Shown one piece after another: positions 1 through 8,469 of a stretch of DNA of 45,698 bases. A program made the position numbers and the translations under genes. Below the pieces are notes generated by a model. It was not told where the DNA came from and searched no databases. It saw only the letters and a list, made by a program, of their open reading frames with translations. Position 1 is the first letter of the stretch; every line of letters starts with the position of its first letter. Source of the stretch: Gemmatimonadota bacterium (GTDB lineage: Bacteria > Gemmatimonadota > Gemmatimonadetes > Gemmatimonadales > GWC2-71-9); contig JAEUJH010000672.1 of the NCBI GenBank assembly GCA_016794825.1, positions 1 to 45,698 of the forward strand, in the 5' to 3' direction.

Positions 1-450
1 ACGGAGCGAGACGAGATAGGCGGCGGTAATCCTGGTGGGCGGGGCGACGGACAGCAGCACCTGCGGGTTCGGACGACCGGTCAGGACCTGCGCCACCATG
101 AAGGCCGTGTCGCGCGCGTAGCGACTCATCGAGCGGACGGCTGTCCGCCGAACCCGGTGGCGGGCCAGGTCGAGCCGCGCCACATCAGCTGCCGACAGGA
201 CGAAGCCCGCCGGCTCGTGAACCAACTCGAACATGCTGATCCGGGGACCGCGCCGGACCACCGAGTCGAGCATGACGGTCGGGCACCGGCACAACTGCCG
301 CAGATCGACGGCCCGGATTGCGGTCAGGACGCCGGAGGAATCCACCGCCACCGGGAGGGGCGGGCGGGCCTGCGCGCCCAGCACGACCGCCCGCGTCGCG
401 ACGAGCAGTCCCGCCAGCCAGACCCCGCGCCGCCCCGCCCGCTTGATCAT
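1..450 (-). CDS. hypothetical exported protein, N-terminal 150 codons only (gene runs off the left edge)
   Basis: Own translation of the minus strand from ATG 450..448 gives MIKRAGRRGVWLAGLLVATRAVVLGAQARPPLPVAVDSSGVLTAIRAV... and stays open to nt 1. Third positions are almost all G/C and the N-terminus looks like a signal peptide. ATGA overlap with the stop of the upstream gene (447..449). Not in the ORF track because there is no stop in the window. Confidence 0.6.
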   Translation of the reverse strand, partial: MIKRAGRRGVWLAGLLVATRAVVLGAQARPPLPVAVDSSGVLTAIRAVDLRQLCRCPTVMLDSVVRRGPRISMFELVHEPAGFVLSAADVARLDLARHRVRRTAVRSMSRYARDTAFMVAQVLTGRPNPQVLLSVAPPTRITAAYLVSLR

Positions 451-887
451 CGCTCGATCGACACCGGCTTGATCGGAAGGTCCCAGTGGGCCAGCAGCAA
501 CTCGAAGCGGCGCTGTTCCTCCTTGCGATACCGGTCCTGATCGGGGAAACGCTGGGCCAGCCAGGCACCGAGGGTCGGATCCTCGCCGTGCGCTACCACC
601 ACGTCCTTGTACACTAGGGTGACGCGGTAGTCCCAGCGTCCCTCCTCCGTCGCGTGGTCGACCGGTGCCGCCACCTTGATCTCGAGAATGCGGCCCTGCT
701 CGACCTCCCGCTTCAGAATCGGGAGGTGGTTCTTGGTGAACAGCGTCCAGAACTCTTCCGCCGCACCCCACTTGACCTTGTAGTAGAACTCGATGGTGAA
801 GGGACCGCCGTTCTGGGTCTGGGCGGTCAGGGCGGTGGGGGCGCCGACGGCTAGGCCGGCAAGCAGCAGGACGGTGGCTCGAGTCAT
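447..887 (-). CDS. hypothetical secreted protein (small alpha+beta domain, family not recognised)
   Basis: Track ORF 447..914 opens at a TTG. The ATG at 887 gives a clean signal peptide, MTRATVLLLAGLAVGAPTALTA|QTQ. GC3-rich, with a non-repetitive mature sequence (FTIEFYYKVKWGAAEEFW...). Confidence 0.7.
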   Translation of the reverse strand: MTRATVLLLAGLAVGAPTALTAQTQNGGPFTIEFYYKVKWGAAEEFWTLFTKNHLPILKREVEQGRILEIKVAAPVDHATEEGRWDYRVTLVYKDVVVAHGEDPTLGAWLAQRFPDQDRYRKEEQRRFELLLAHWDLPIKPVSIER

Positions 888-930
888 GGCAGGTTGGGTT
901 GAAGGTGGCTGCAACGGAAAAGTCGGTTCG

Positions 931-1896
931 TCAATCGGAAATCTCCACGTCGACCTGCCGGACGATCCGGCCGGCGCGAATGGTGAGCATTACGTGTTCG
1001 ACGATCCGCCGGCCGTCGGGCAGCGAAACCCAGGCCCGGAACGCGATCCGGTCGCGGCCGATCACCTCGTCCTCGATCCGGAGGATCACGTTCGCGGTCC
1101 GGACTCGATCGAGGAAGCGGGCAATCACCTCTCGACCGGCCATCCGGCGGGGCGACCGGGGCGGATGTTTGGCCGTGTACTCCACCCATTCGGCGTCGGT
1201 GGCGTAGAAGTCGAGCCAGGTCTCGGTGTCCATCCGCTCGAAGGCGGCCTTGAAGCCGGCAAAATCGAAGTGGCGGGTCGACCCGCTGGGCCGGCCGCGG
1301 GTGGGGGCCGGGCGCTGGGCCAGGATCTGTACCACCGCCGACTTGCCCACGTGATACCGACCCTCGTGCAGATCGCGCTCCAGCTCTCGCGCCACCAGGA
1401 AGTCGAGCCCCCGCAACTCGGCCACGAGGTCGGTGCGGGTCATCAGGAGTTCGGGCGCCTTGGGCCCGCCGGTGCCGAGGGCAAGCTGGGCTGGCGCATA
1501 CGCCTCCAGCACGAAGCACCCGCCGGGACGGAGGCCTTCGACGGCGGCCTGATGGATCCGGCGGCGGAGGAGCGGCGGCAGATGCGCAAAGATCGCCACG
1601 ATTCCCGACCAGGTGCCGGGCTCGATCCGGAAATCCGCCAGGTCCGCCACCACGGTCTCGATCGTGGTGCCCGCCGCCGCGGCCAGATCGCGGGCGCGCG
1701 CCAGCCCGATGGCGGACTGATCGACCGCCGTAACCGGGTGGCCCCGGGACGCGAGGAACACGGCGTTCCGGCCCTGGCCCTCCGCCAGGCAGAGGACCGG
1801 GCCCGGCGGAATCCGATCCGCCACCTGAACCAGGAAGTCGTTCGGCGCGCTCCCGTAGGCCAGCTCCGCCTCGGCGTACCGGGCATCCCAGTCCAT
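931..1896 (-). CDS. class I SAM-dependent methyltransferase fused to a SnoaL/NTF2-like C-terminal domain
   Basis: Inner part of track ORF 931..2859; ATG at 1896 gives MDWDARYAE... SAM motif I is VLCLAEGQGRNAVFLA, followed by PGGCFVLE. The last ~120 aa (FDFAGFKAAFERMDTETWLDFYATDAEWVEY...RIVRQVDVEISD) look like a SnoaL-type fold. The upstream part of the long ORF is R/P/G-rich junk overlapping the MOSC gene. Confidence 0.75.
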   Translation of the reverse strand: MDWDARYAEAELAYGSAPNDFLVQVADRIPPGPVLCLAEGQGRNAVFLASRGHPVTAVDQSAIGLARARDLAAAAGTTIETVVADLADFRIEPGTWSGIVAIFAHLPPLLRRRIHQAAVEGLRPGGCFVLEAYAPAQLALGTGGPKAPELLMTRTDLVAELRGLDFLVARELERDLHEGRYHVGKSAVVQILAQRPAPTRGRPSGSTRHFDFAGFKAAFERMDTETWLDFYATDAEWVEYTAKHPPRSPRRMAGREVIARFLDRVRTANVILRIEDEVIGRDRIAFRAWVSLPDGRRIVEHVMLTIRAGRIVRQVDVEISD

Positions 1897-1904
1897 CGGC
1901 GTGG

Positions 1905-2783
1905 TCACGCCGGTCTCCGATCGCCGGGGGTCGTCGGCCGGACGACTCGAAGCGGATCGCCGCGGCGGATCGTCCCCGACCCGGTGACCGTGGCGTACCC
2001 GCCTAACGCCGCCGGTAACGGAACCCCGGGGGCGGCGGTGACGCTCGCCACCGGCGGGCACCGCGCGATGGTCCGGAGTACCGCCGGATCGGCGCCGAGT
2101 CCGGGTTGCGGCAGGGTGGTCGCCACGCAGCGCGGCGCCGGATCGATCATCCGGAGGTCGGCTCCGCCGATGCGAACCGTGTCGCCCAGCCACTCGAACT
2201 CCGGGAAGGGCGCCGTCGACGTCGTGTCGATGACCAGGTTGGGTCGGAACCGAGCCACCGAAAACTGGCTGGTTGGCGCCATGTCGCTCACCGTCCTGAG
2301 CGAGCGGGTCGAGAGGACGTGGATCGGCGCGTAGTCGAAGAACGTTCCCGGCGCCGCGAGTCCCATCGGTTCCACCCGGATCGCCTCGGTGTCGGGCTCG
2401 GCGTCGGGCGGGGCCCGGTTGGCTTCGCGGGTCGGCGCCTCGGCGCGGGACACCAGCTCGACCGCCCGTCCGAAGAGGTCCGACAGGGCTCGGGGCAGGG
2501 CCGGGTCGTCGCTGGCCAGGTGGCGGCCGTCCGGAAGGGTCACCACGATCGGCGGCAGCGGAAGGTCGGCTCGCGGCTCGGTCAGGAAGGTGGCGCGGCA
2601 TTCGAGCAGGCGGCGCCACTTCCGCGGGTGTTTGACACTGGCCACATGGCCGGTGTCGAGGTCGCGGATCGCGTAACCGCGGTCGCCAAGGAGGCCACCC
2701 GGGCCCAGGGCGACGGCCTCGAGCGCTTCGCCCAGCATCGACTTGACCGGGTAGCGCCAGATGGCCGACACGACGCCACTCAT
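1905..2783 (-). CDS. MOSC domain-containing protein (N-terminal beta-barrel plus MOSC)
   Basis: MSGVVSAIWRYPVKSMLGE... is the typical MOSC_N start. The C-terminal part carries ARFRPNLVID...PAPRCVATT with the conserved Cys. The ATG at 2783 overlaps the stop of the upstream gene (ATGA). Confidence 0.8.
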   Translation of the reverse strand: MSGVVSAIWRYPVKSMLGEALEAVALGPGGLLGDRGYAIRDLDTGHVASVKHPRKWRRLLECRATFLTEPRADLPLPPIVVTLPDGRHLASDDPALPRALSDLFGRAVELVSRAEAPTREANRAPPDAEPDTEAIRVEPMGLAAPGTFFDYAPIHVLSTRSLRTVSDMAPTSQFSVARFRPNLVIDTTSTAPFPEFEWLGDTVRIGGADLRMIDPAPRCVATTLPQPGLGADPAVLRTIARCPPVASVTAAPGVPLPAALGGYATVTGSGTIRRGDPLRVVRPTTPGDRRPA

Positions 2784-3223
2784 CCCGACGCGTCCCCGGC
2801 GGCGTCGACCCGCCCCAGTCCGGCCTCGATACCCCGCCGCACCATTTTGCCGTACCCATCGTCGGGCAGCGCCGAGACCCACTCGGCGGCGCGCCGGAAG
2901 GCTCGGCCCGCCTCGTCCGGCTGAGCGGTCAGCTCCTGCGACAGGCCCAGGTTGAGGTAGAGCGACGGCAACATCGCCGCGGTTCGTTCGGTCCCGGCCG
3001 CGAGCGCCCGGTCGAGTGCCACCTGGTTCCAGTGGAGCCCGTCCGCCGGGGACTGATGTCGCGCCAGGTAGTGGGCCGCGATCGCGGCCTCGAAGTCATC
3101 CCGGCTCCGGCTCCACGCCTCGAGGAACAGAGCCCGCGCCTCCTCGGCTCGGCCCTCGCCTTCCGCCATCATCCCCCGGGCGCACAGGTCGACGATCGGG
3201 TTGTCGGGATCGAACCCGCTCAT
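2780..3223 (-). CDS. hypothetical protein, helical/TPR-like
   Basis: 147-aa ORF with GC3-rich codons and a helical-repeat-like sequence (AEEARALFLEAWSRSRDDFEAAIAAHYLARHQ...). Its start abuts the stop of the VOC gene at 3224 and its stop overlaps the MOSC start. Confidence 0.65.
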   Translation of the reverse strand: MSGFDPDNPIVDLCARGMMAEGEGRAEEARALFLEAWSRSRDDFEAAIAAHYLARHQSPADGLHWNQVALDRALAAGTERTAAMLPSLYLNLGLSQELTAQPDEAGRAFRRAAEWVSALPDDGYGKMVRRGIEAGLGRVDAAGDASG

Positions 3224-3589
3224 TCAGTGGACCGCCGTCGGGTCGAAGTGCGGGTTCTCGATGATGCCGAAGGTGTTGCCGAACGGATCGGCCACCGCGG
3301 CCACCTTGATTCCGCCGCCGACGTCCTGGAGCGCCTCGCGGACCGGGGCGCCCATGGCCTCCAGTCGGGCCAGCGCCTCGGCCGCATCGGCCACGCCCCA
3401 GTAGGCGACGGTTCCGCCGGGGCCGGGCTTCCCGTCAGGGACCAGGCCGAGTTCGAATCCCCCGACGGAGAACCCGACGTAGAACGGCTCGTCGAAATAG
3501 GGGTCGATCTGGAGGACGTCCCGATACCATGCCTTGGCGCGGGCCAGGTCGGTGACGTGATAGGCGACGGTGCGCAACCCGCGGATCAT
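3224..3589 (-). CDS. VOC (glyoxalase/bleomycin-resistance/dioxygenase) family protein
   Basis: ATG at 3589 inside track ORF 3224..3718. MIRGLRTVAYHVTDLARAKAWYRDVL...FGNTFGIIENP is a typical single-domain VOC layout. Confidence 0.8.
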   Translation of the reverse strand: MIRGLRTVAYHVTDLARAKAWYRDVLQIDPYFDEPFYVGFSVGGFELGLVPDGKPGPGGTVAYWGVADAAEALARLEAMGAPVREALQDVGGGIKVAAVADPFGNTFGIIENPHFDPTAVH

Positions 3590-3621
3590 GCGGTGCCTCG
3601 ACGGACTCTGGACTCCCGAAT

Positions 3622-4335
3622 CTAACTCGGCGCCGCGGTCCCGTCCCGATCCGGCAGTTCGGCCACGCGCCAGAGACCGAGGCTCTTGTCGGCAAAGAGC
3701 CCACCGCCCTCGGTACACCGCTCGACGATTCGGTCGATCGGTGGCGGGAAACCGAACGGGGGGCGCTCCAGATTCAGTGGCCGCCAGTCGCCCGTGACGA
3801 TGTCGAGGTTGGTGGGCTCGTCGGGAAAGGTGGTCGTGAGCAGATACCGAATGCCGGCCCGGCGAACGTTGGCGAGGGCCCGCCGGATGTCGGCGGTCGA
3901 CAGATGGACCAGGCAGTCGCGGCAGAACAACAGGTCCACGGCCGGCAGTGGCGAGGTGGTGAGGTCGAGTTCGAGGTACGATCGGCCATCACCCCGGGCC
4001 CGGTTGGCGGCCACGACTTCCGGCACCAGGTCCGCCCCGAGGTACTCGACCGGTCCCAGATCCACGGTGGCCATCCACGACCCCTCGCCGCACGGGAGGT
4101 CGAGCAGGGACCGGATCGACCACCGGCGGAGGAGTTCGGGCAACTCGGTCCGAATGGCCGCGGTCTGTTCGAGGTCCGAGCCCGCGCCGGACCGTGACGC
4201 CGGGCCGGACCAGAAGTTGGTGCGGTAGATCATTCGGAACTTCGTCAGCGCATCGGCCGGCTCCGCCGCGGCCCGGGAGAAATGGTCCGGGTCGAAGGGC
4301 ACGGTGTGGCGACGATCTCCGCCGGAACGGGTCAT
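3622..4335 (-). CDS. class I SAM-dependent methyltransferase
   Basis: 237-aa ORF. Motif I-like LLDLPCGEGSWM, with LLFCRDCLVHL downstream. ATGA overlap with the RidA stop at 4332..4335. Confidence 0.75.
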   Translation of the reverse strand: MTRSGGDRRHTVPFDPDHFSRAAAEPADALTKFRMIYRTNFWSGPASRSGAGSDLEQTAAIRTELPELLRRWSIRSLLDLPCGEGSWMATVDLGPVEYLGADLVPEVVAANRARGDGRSYLELDLTTSPLPAVDLLFCRDCLVHLSTADIRRALANVRRAGIRYLLTTTFPDEPTNLDIVTGDWRPLNLERPPFGFPPPIDRIVERCTEGGGLFADKSLGLWRVAELPDRDGTAAPS

Positions 4336-4799
4336 GGGCGGGTGACCGCCACGGCCTCCACCTCGATCAGCACGTCGTCGCGAAACAACCGACGCACTTC
4401 GACCAGCGTGCTGGCCGGCGGCGCCGCCCGGTTCAGGTACTGGTCGCGAACCTCCCGGACCACGGCAATCTGGCCCGCGTCGAGGACGTAGTAGTTGAGC
4501 TTGATGACGTCCTTGAACGTCGCCCCCGCCGACTCGAGCGCCAGCCGGAGGTTCTCGAACACCTGGACGGTCTGGGCCCGGAGATCATTGGCGCCGACCA
4601 GGCGCCCCTCCCGGTCGAGCGCCACCTGGCCGGCAATGAACACCATCGTATTCCCGGCCGGAACCACGGCCACGTGCGAGTAGCCGCGCGGGGCGTGGAT
4701 CGAGGGCGGATTGTCGAGTCGAGGTGGCGCCTGGCCTTCGAGGCGGCCGGTGTCGAGGGGCAGGATGGCCAGGGCGGCCACGACGAGGAGGAGGCGCAC
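4332..4799 (-). CDS. RidA/YjgF/UK114 family protein with N-terminal signal peptide
   Basis: GTG start at 4799. VRLLLVVAALAILPLDTGRLEG|QAPP, then YSHVAVVPAGNTMVFIAGQVALD...NYYVLD...PASTLVEV, a typical RidA fold signature. Confidence 0.8.
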   Translation of the reverse strand: MRLLLVVAALAILPLDTGRLEGQAPPRLDNPPSIHAPRGYSHVAVVPAGNTMVFIAGQVALDREGRLVGANDLRAQTVQVFENLRLALESAGATFKDVIKLNYYVLDAGQIAVVREVRDQYLNRAAPPASTLVEVRRLFRDDVLIEVEAVAVTRP

Positions 4800-4853
4800 G
4801 ATGTCCGTCCCAGCGAAAAGACCGTCGAATGAACGCGGGCCTCGGCCCGGCGG

Positions 4854-5903
4854 TCAAGGCTGAGCGGGGCGCATCTCGATCAGGTGGACTTCCGGCGGTG
4901 CGTTGATCCGGATCGGCAGGGTCGTGCACCCCACGCCGCGCGAGACGATGAGGTGACGGCCGTCGCCGAGGCCGTACTCGCCCGCGGGATGGACGCGGCT
5001 GAGCGGGCCGTGCGGCAGGACCGGCCGCCAGCCGGCCCGGGTCGCGATCTGCCCGCCGTGGGTGTGTCCGGCCAGCGCCAGCGAGTACGGATGGTCGCCC
5101 GCGTCGAGGAGGCCCGACGGCTGGTGGATCAACAGGACTCGGGCCGCGCCGGCCGCTGCAAAGGCCGCGTCGGCGTCCGGGTAGCCGGTCATGTGGTCGT
5201 CGAGACCCACGATCGAGAGCCCGCCAAGCGCCGGGGGCAGGTCGGCCGATTCGTTGAGCAGGACTCGCACGCCGACCGTCTCGAGGTCCCGCGCCACGCG
5301 GCGACCGCCGGCATAGTGGTCGTGATTACCCAGGACCGCATAGCACCCGCCGGGCGCACTGAGGTCGCGGAGGATTGCCGTGAGATCGGGGAGGTGACGA
5401 GCCGTCGGGCTCACGAAATCGCCGCCGTACAGCAGGACATCGGGCTCGACGGCCGCCAACAGACTCGCCGCCTCCACAAGTGACTGGGTCGAGGTCGTCG
5501 GCCCGGCATGGAAGTCCGCGGCGAACGCGATCCGGACGGTACGCGTCAACGTACCTGGAGGAGCCGTTACGGCATGGAGGGACAACGAAACCGGCGACCG
5601 CCAGCCGATCGCGTCCGTTAGACGAACCGGCCAGCGGAACGGCGTGGCCAGATCCTGCAGCGCTTCCCAAAGCGGCCGCCAACCGCCGAAGTGGCGGACC
5701 GGGCGGTCCGGGAACCGCGGCTGGTTGGTCTCGGGATCGGAAACCGCGACTCGACCCGCGCGAGTCCGGCCAGGTCGGGCGACGGAAGTCAGAGGGGCCT
5801 CGGGGCGGATCGGTCCGGCGGCAACGAGTCCATCGATCGAATTATCGGCCGGCGCCCGGCGAACCGTGAGCGGGGCCTCAGTCGGCGCGCCCCTCGGCCT
5901 CAC
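4854..5903 (-). CDS. metallophosphoesterase (YkuE/COG1408-like); start codon uncertain
   Basis: C-terminal 230 aa carry RIAFAADFHAG, GGDFV, GNHDH and GHTHGGQ. Homology-like sequence continues upstream (WRSPVSLSLHAVTAPP...). I find no in-frame ATG/GTG/TTG between 5585 and 5870. The nearest upstream start is GTG 5903, overlapping the HD gene 3' end by 26 nt. TTG 5549 and TTG 5585 would truncate the conserved N-terminal region. Confidence 0.6.
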   Translation of the reverse strand: MRPRGAPTEAPLTVRRAPADNSIDGLVAAGPIRPEAPLTSVARPGRTRAGRVAVSDPETNQPRFPDRPVRHFGGWRPLWEALQDLATPFRWPVRLTDAIGWRSPVSLSLHAVTAPPGTLTRTVRIAFAADFHAGPTTSTQSLVEAASLLAAVEPDVLLYGGDFVSPTARHLPDLTAILRDLSAPGGCYAVLGNHDHYAGGRRVARDLETVGVRVLLNESADLPPALGGLSIVGLDDHMTGYPDADAAFAAAGAARVLLIHQPSGLLDAGDHPYSLALAGHTHGGQIATRAGWRPVLPHGPLSRVHPAGEYGLGDGRHLIVSRGVGCTTLPIRINAPPEVHLIEMRPAQP

Positions 5904-6477
5904 GGGCTCGTCGTTCGGTTTCCTGGTCGAGCGTGGAGCGGAGCGCCTCCAGGATCGGATTGCCGGCCGTGTACTGCCGGCCGTAGCCGAGGTTGAAGCG
6001 ATAGTCGAACCCCGTGGGGTTGTCGCCCTGGGTGTGCTGCAGGATGGTCTCGAGTTTGTCGAGCGCCTTGGCGAGCCGGGCTTCCGGGCTCGTGGCATTC
6101 TCGTACTCGTCCCAGAGAGATAGCACGGTGTTCCGGACGTCGAGCGGCAGGGTGGCCACCAGGGTTTCGAGATCCCGCCGTTCCTGGGCGCCCTTGCCGC
6201 CCGGCTCGGTGGCGAGCCGCCGCGCCTGCTCCGGGGCCGGGATGTCGCCGCCGATGGCCTCGCCCAGGTCGTGCACGAGACAGATCGCCAGGAGTCGTCC
6301 CAGATCGACATCGGGAAAGGCGGGGCGGAGGACCAGCGCCATGAGGCCGACTCGCCACGAGTGCTCGGCAACGCTCTCGACCTGCCCGGCCGAGGTATGG
6401 GCGCTTCGGCTCGTCGTCTTGAGGCGCTCGGCCTGGCGCAGGAAGGCGAGAACGCCGTCCAACTCGGCCGGCGTCAT
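5878..6477 (-). CDS. HD domain protein (YfbR-like 5'-nucleotidase family)
   Basis: 199 aa. ESVAEHSWRVGLMALVL...LAICLVHDLGEAIGGDIP matches the H..HD..D metal motif layout of YfbR-type HD hydrolases. ATGA overlap with the map stop. Confidence 0.8.
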   Translation of the reverse strand: MTPAELDGVLAFLRQAERLKTTSRSAHTSAGQVESVAEHSWRVGLMALVLRPAFPDVDLGRLLAICLVHDLGEAIGGDIPAPEQARRLATEPGGKGAQERRDLETLVATLPLDVRNTVLSLWDEYENATSPEARLAKALDKLETILQHTQGDNPTGFDYRFNLGYGRQYTAGNPILEALRSTLDQETERRAREAEGRAD

Positions 6478-7220
6478 GCCGTGGCCGTGAGGACCACCGG
6501 CTTTCCGCCGCGGATGACGATCGTGTTCTCGTAGTGGGCGGCGAGAGCGCCGTTGTGGGTCCGGAGGGTCCAGCCGTCGCCGGATTCGACCACGTGGGCC
6601 GGTTCGGTCGACAGCATGGGCTCCACCGCGAGCACCAGGCCCTCGTGGAGCCGATCGTTCGCGTCGGGGTCGTCGAAGTTCGGGACCGTCGGATCCTCGT
6701 GAATCGTCCGGCCCACGCCGTGGCCGGTCAGTTCCCGAAGGACCCAGTAGCCCGCTTTCCGGGCCGAGCGTTCGACGGCGCGGCCCAGACGGCGGACCGG
6801 CGCGTTCGGCGCGACCGCCGCCATCGCGGCGTCGAAGGCCTGCCGGGCCGCCCGGGCCAACCGGCGGGCGGCGGGCGAGGCGCCCGGGAGCGGAATGGTC
6901 CGCGCCGCGTCCGCGACGTACCCGTCCAGTTCGACGGTCACGTCGATCTTGAGCAGGTCACCAGCCGCCAGGCGCCGCGGTCCTGGAATTCCGTGGACGA
7001 TTTCGTCGTTGACGCTGAGGAGGGTAAAGCCGGGAAAACCGTACGTGAACTGCGGAGCCGAGCGCCCACCCCGGGCGGTCAGGAACGCCGCGGCCCGATC
7101 GTCGAGTTCGCCCGTCGTCATCCCGGGGGCAACCTGTTCGGCCAGGAACGCGTGGGCCTCGGCCACGAGTCGGCCGACGCGCTCCATGCCCTCGCGATCC
7201 GCCCGGGACGCCACGGTCAT
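6474..7220 (-). CDS. map: type I methionine aminopeptidase
   Basis: 248 aa. Motifs VNDEIVHGIP, DLLKIDV, GHGVGRTIHEDP, LAVEPM and HYENTIV match the MetAP type I metal-ligand pattern. Confidence 0.9.
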   Translation of the reverse strand: MTVASRADREGMERVGRLVAEAHAFLAEQVAPGMTTGELDDRAAAFLTARGGRSAPQFTYGFPGFTLLSVNDEIVHGIPGPRRLAAGDLLKIDVTVELDGYVADAARTIPLPGASPAARRLARAARQAFDAAMAAVAPNAPVRRLGRAVERSARKAGYWVLRELTGHGVGRTIHEDPTVPNFDDPDANDRLHEGLVLAVEPMLSTEPAHVVESGDGWTLRTHNGALAAHYENTIVIRGGKPVVLTATA

Positions 7221-7927
7221 GGGTGCGGCGCCTCAGGGAACGGCTCGGCCCAGCGGAGGCCGTCAGGCAGCGCCCGACCCGCAAACTCGACGTGCAGCAC
7301 CCGGCGGCGCGACGGTTCCGCCGCCGGCGCGGAGGAATGGAGCAACAGGGGGCGGAGGAGCAGCACCCCGCCGGCGGGTACCAGGCAGTCGACCGGCAGC
7401 GCCCGGCGCGAGGCGGACTCGATCTCGCCGTCGCCGAGCCGGCCGAAGCGATGGGTGCCGGGGATGACGCGAACCGGACCGTTGCCGGGGCCACAGGGAT
7501 CGAGATGCAGTCGGGCGGTCAGCATGTCCGCCAGCACCGGTGCCGGGGCGCGGACGTGCCAGCCGCCGTCCTTGCGCGACCACGGTCCCCAGCCGGCCTT
7601 TTCCTCGTAGTCGGTCACCCCGATGGTGACGTCCTGATGCCAGGTCACCTTCCAGTTGGCGACGGGCGTCTTGTCGAACAGCAGCACCCGGACCGCCACC
7701 GGGGCCGTGTCGAAATAGGGGCGCACCAGATCGCGCAGGGGGCCGGCGATGACCGGGCCGAGGGCCGGCACGCGGGCCAGCGCGTTCCGTACGCCGCCGC
7801 GGCCCGCGTGCTCCGCGAGGATGGGGGCGACGGCCTGTCGGAGGTCCTCGAGCGCCGCCTCCTCGAGGCCGGACTCGGCGATCGCGAAACCGTCGGCGAG
7901 CAGGGTGGGGGCCAGCGACGCGTTCAT
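7217..7927 (-). CDS. phytanoyl-CoA dioxygenase (PhyH) family Fe(II)/2-oxoglutarate oxygenase
   Basis: 236 aa. WHQDV (HxD facial-triad start), then VIPGTHRFG and LLHSS. Start and stop both overlap neighbouring genes by 4 nt. Confidence 0.75.
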   Translation of the reverse strand: MNASLAPTLLADGFAIAESGLEEAALEDLRQAVAPILAEHAGRGGVRNALARVPALGPVIAGPLRDLVRPYFDTAPVAVRVLLFDKTPVANWKVTWHQDVTIGVTDYEEKAGWGPWSRKDGGWHVRAPAPVLADMLTARLHLDPCGPGNGPVRVIPGTHRFGRLGDGEIESASRRALPVDCLVPAGGVLLLRPLLLHSSAPAAEPSRRRVLHVEFAGRALPDGLRWAEPFPEAPHP

Positions 7928-8469
7928 CGGGGGCTCGGGGTGGTGGCGGCGCGAGTCAGGTTGCGGAGCCGGAGGTCCGCCGAGAATCCGGTTCCGCCGA
8001 CCGGGCCGTCGGTCCCCTGGTAGCTGTACGACGAATCGGAATCGAACCGCATGGTGCGAATGTCGTAACGAAGGCGGCCGGTCGACAGTCGACCGCCCCG
8101 GGTCGGCGCGACCGTCACCGCGCCGGAGACCTCCAGGGTTCCGGCGGCGATCGAGTAGATCGCCCCGGCGCCGGTCAGCACGGCCGCCTGCTCGCCCCGT
8201 TCGTCGAACAGAGTCGCGGTCAGGCGACGGAACTCCACCTCCCGCGCCTCCTGCCGGACGAACGCCGAGTCGGCCACCACGAACCCTTTGCGCAGCCCCA
8301 GGCTGTCGGTCAGCGTGGTGCGGACCCCGACGATGATCTGTTCCGCGATCGGGGCGGCGGTCTCCTGTGCCGACGGGTCGGCGGACCCGCGGCAGGCCCC
8401 GAGCGCGGCCATCAGGACCACGCAGACTCTCGGTATCCGGATCAGCCGGACCATCGCGGCCTGGAACAT
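7924..8469 (-). CDS. LptC-like periplasmic/lipid-anchored protein
   Basis: ATG 8469 inside the long artefactual ORF 7924..10140. N-terminal anchor or lipobox VVLMAALGAC, then a beta-rich region resembling LptC/OstA-type folds (ADSAFVRQEAREVEF..ATLFDERGEQAAVLTGAGAIYS..GTLEVSGAVTV). The family call is by eye only. Confidence 0.55.
   Translation of the reverse strand: MFQAAMVRLIRIPRVCVVLMAALGACRGSADPSAQETAAPIAEQIIVGVRTTLTDSLGLRKGFVVADSAFVRQEAREVEFRRLTATLFDERGEQAAVLTGAGAIYSIAAGTLEVSGAVTVAPTRGGRLSTGRLRYDIRTMRFDSDSSYSYQGTDGPVGGTGFSADLRLRNLTRAATTPSPR

Noticed and set aside
157-568. Track ORFs 157..540 (+), 233..472 (+) and 185..568 (-) at the left edge
   Set aside because: The region is better explained by an unlisted minus-strand frame (1..450) that has a signal peptide, high GC3 and ATGA coupling to the upstream gene. 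The listed ORFs are Arg/Pro-rich.
5547-5585. TTG 5549 or TTG 5585 as the start of the metallophosphoesterase
   Set aside because: Either would remove the segment (WRSPVSLSLHAVTAPP..) that aligns by eye with the conserved pre-catalytic strand of COG1408-type enzymes. They are kept only as alternatives.
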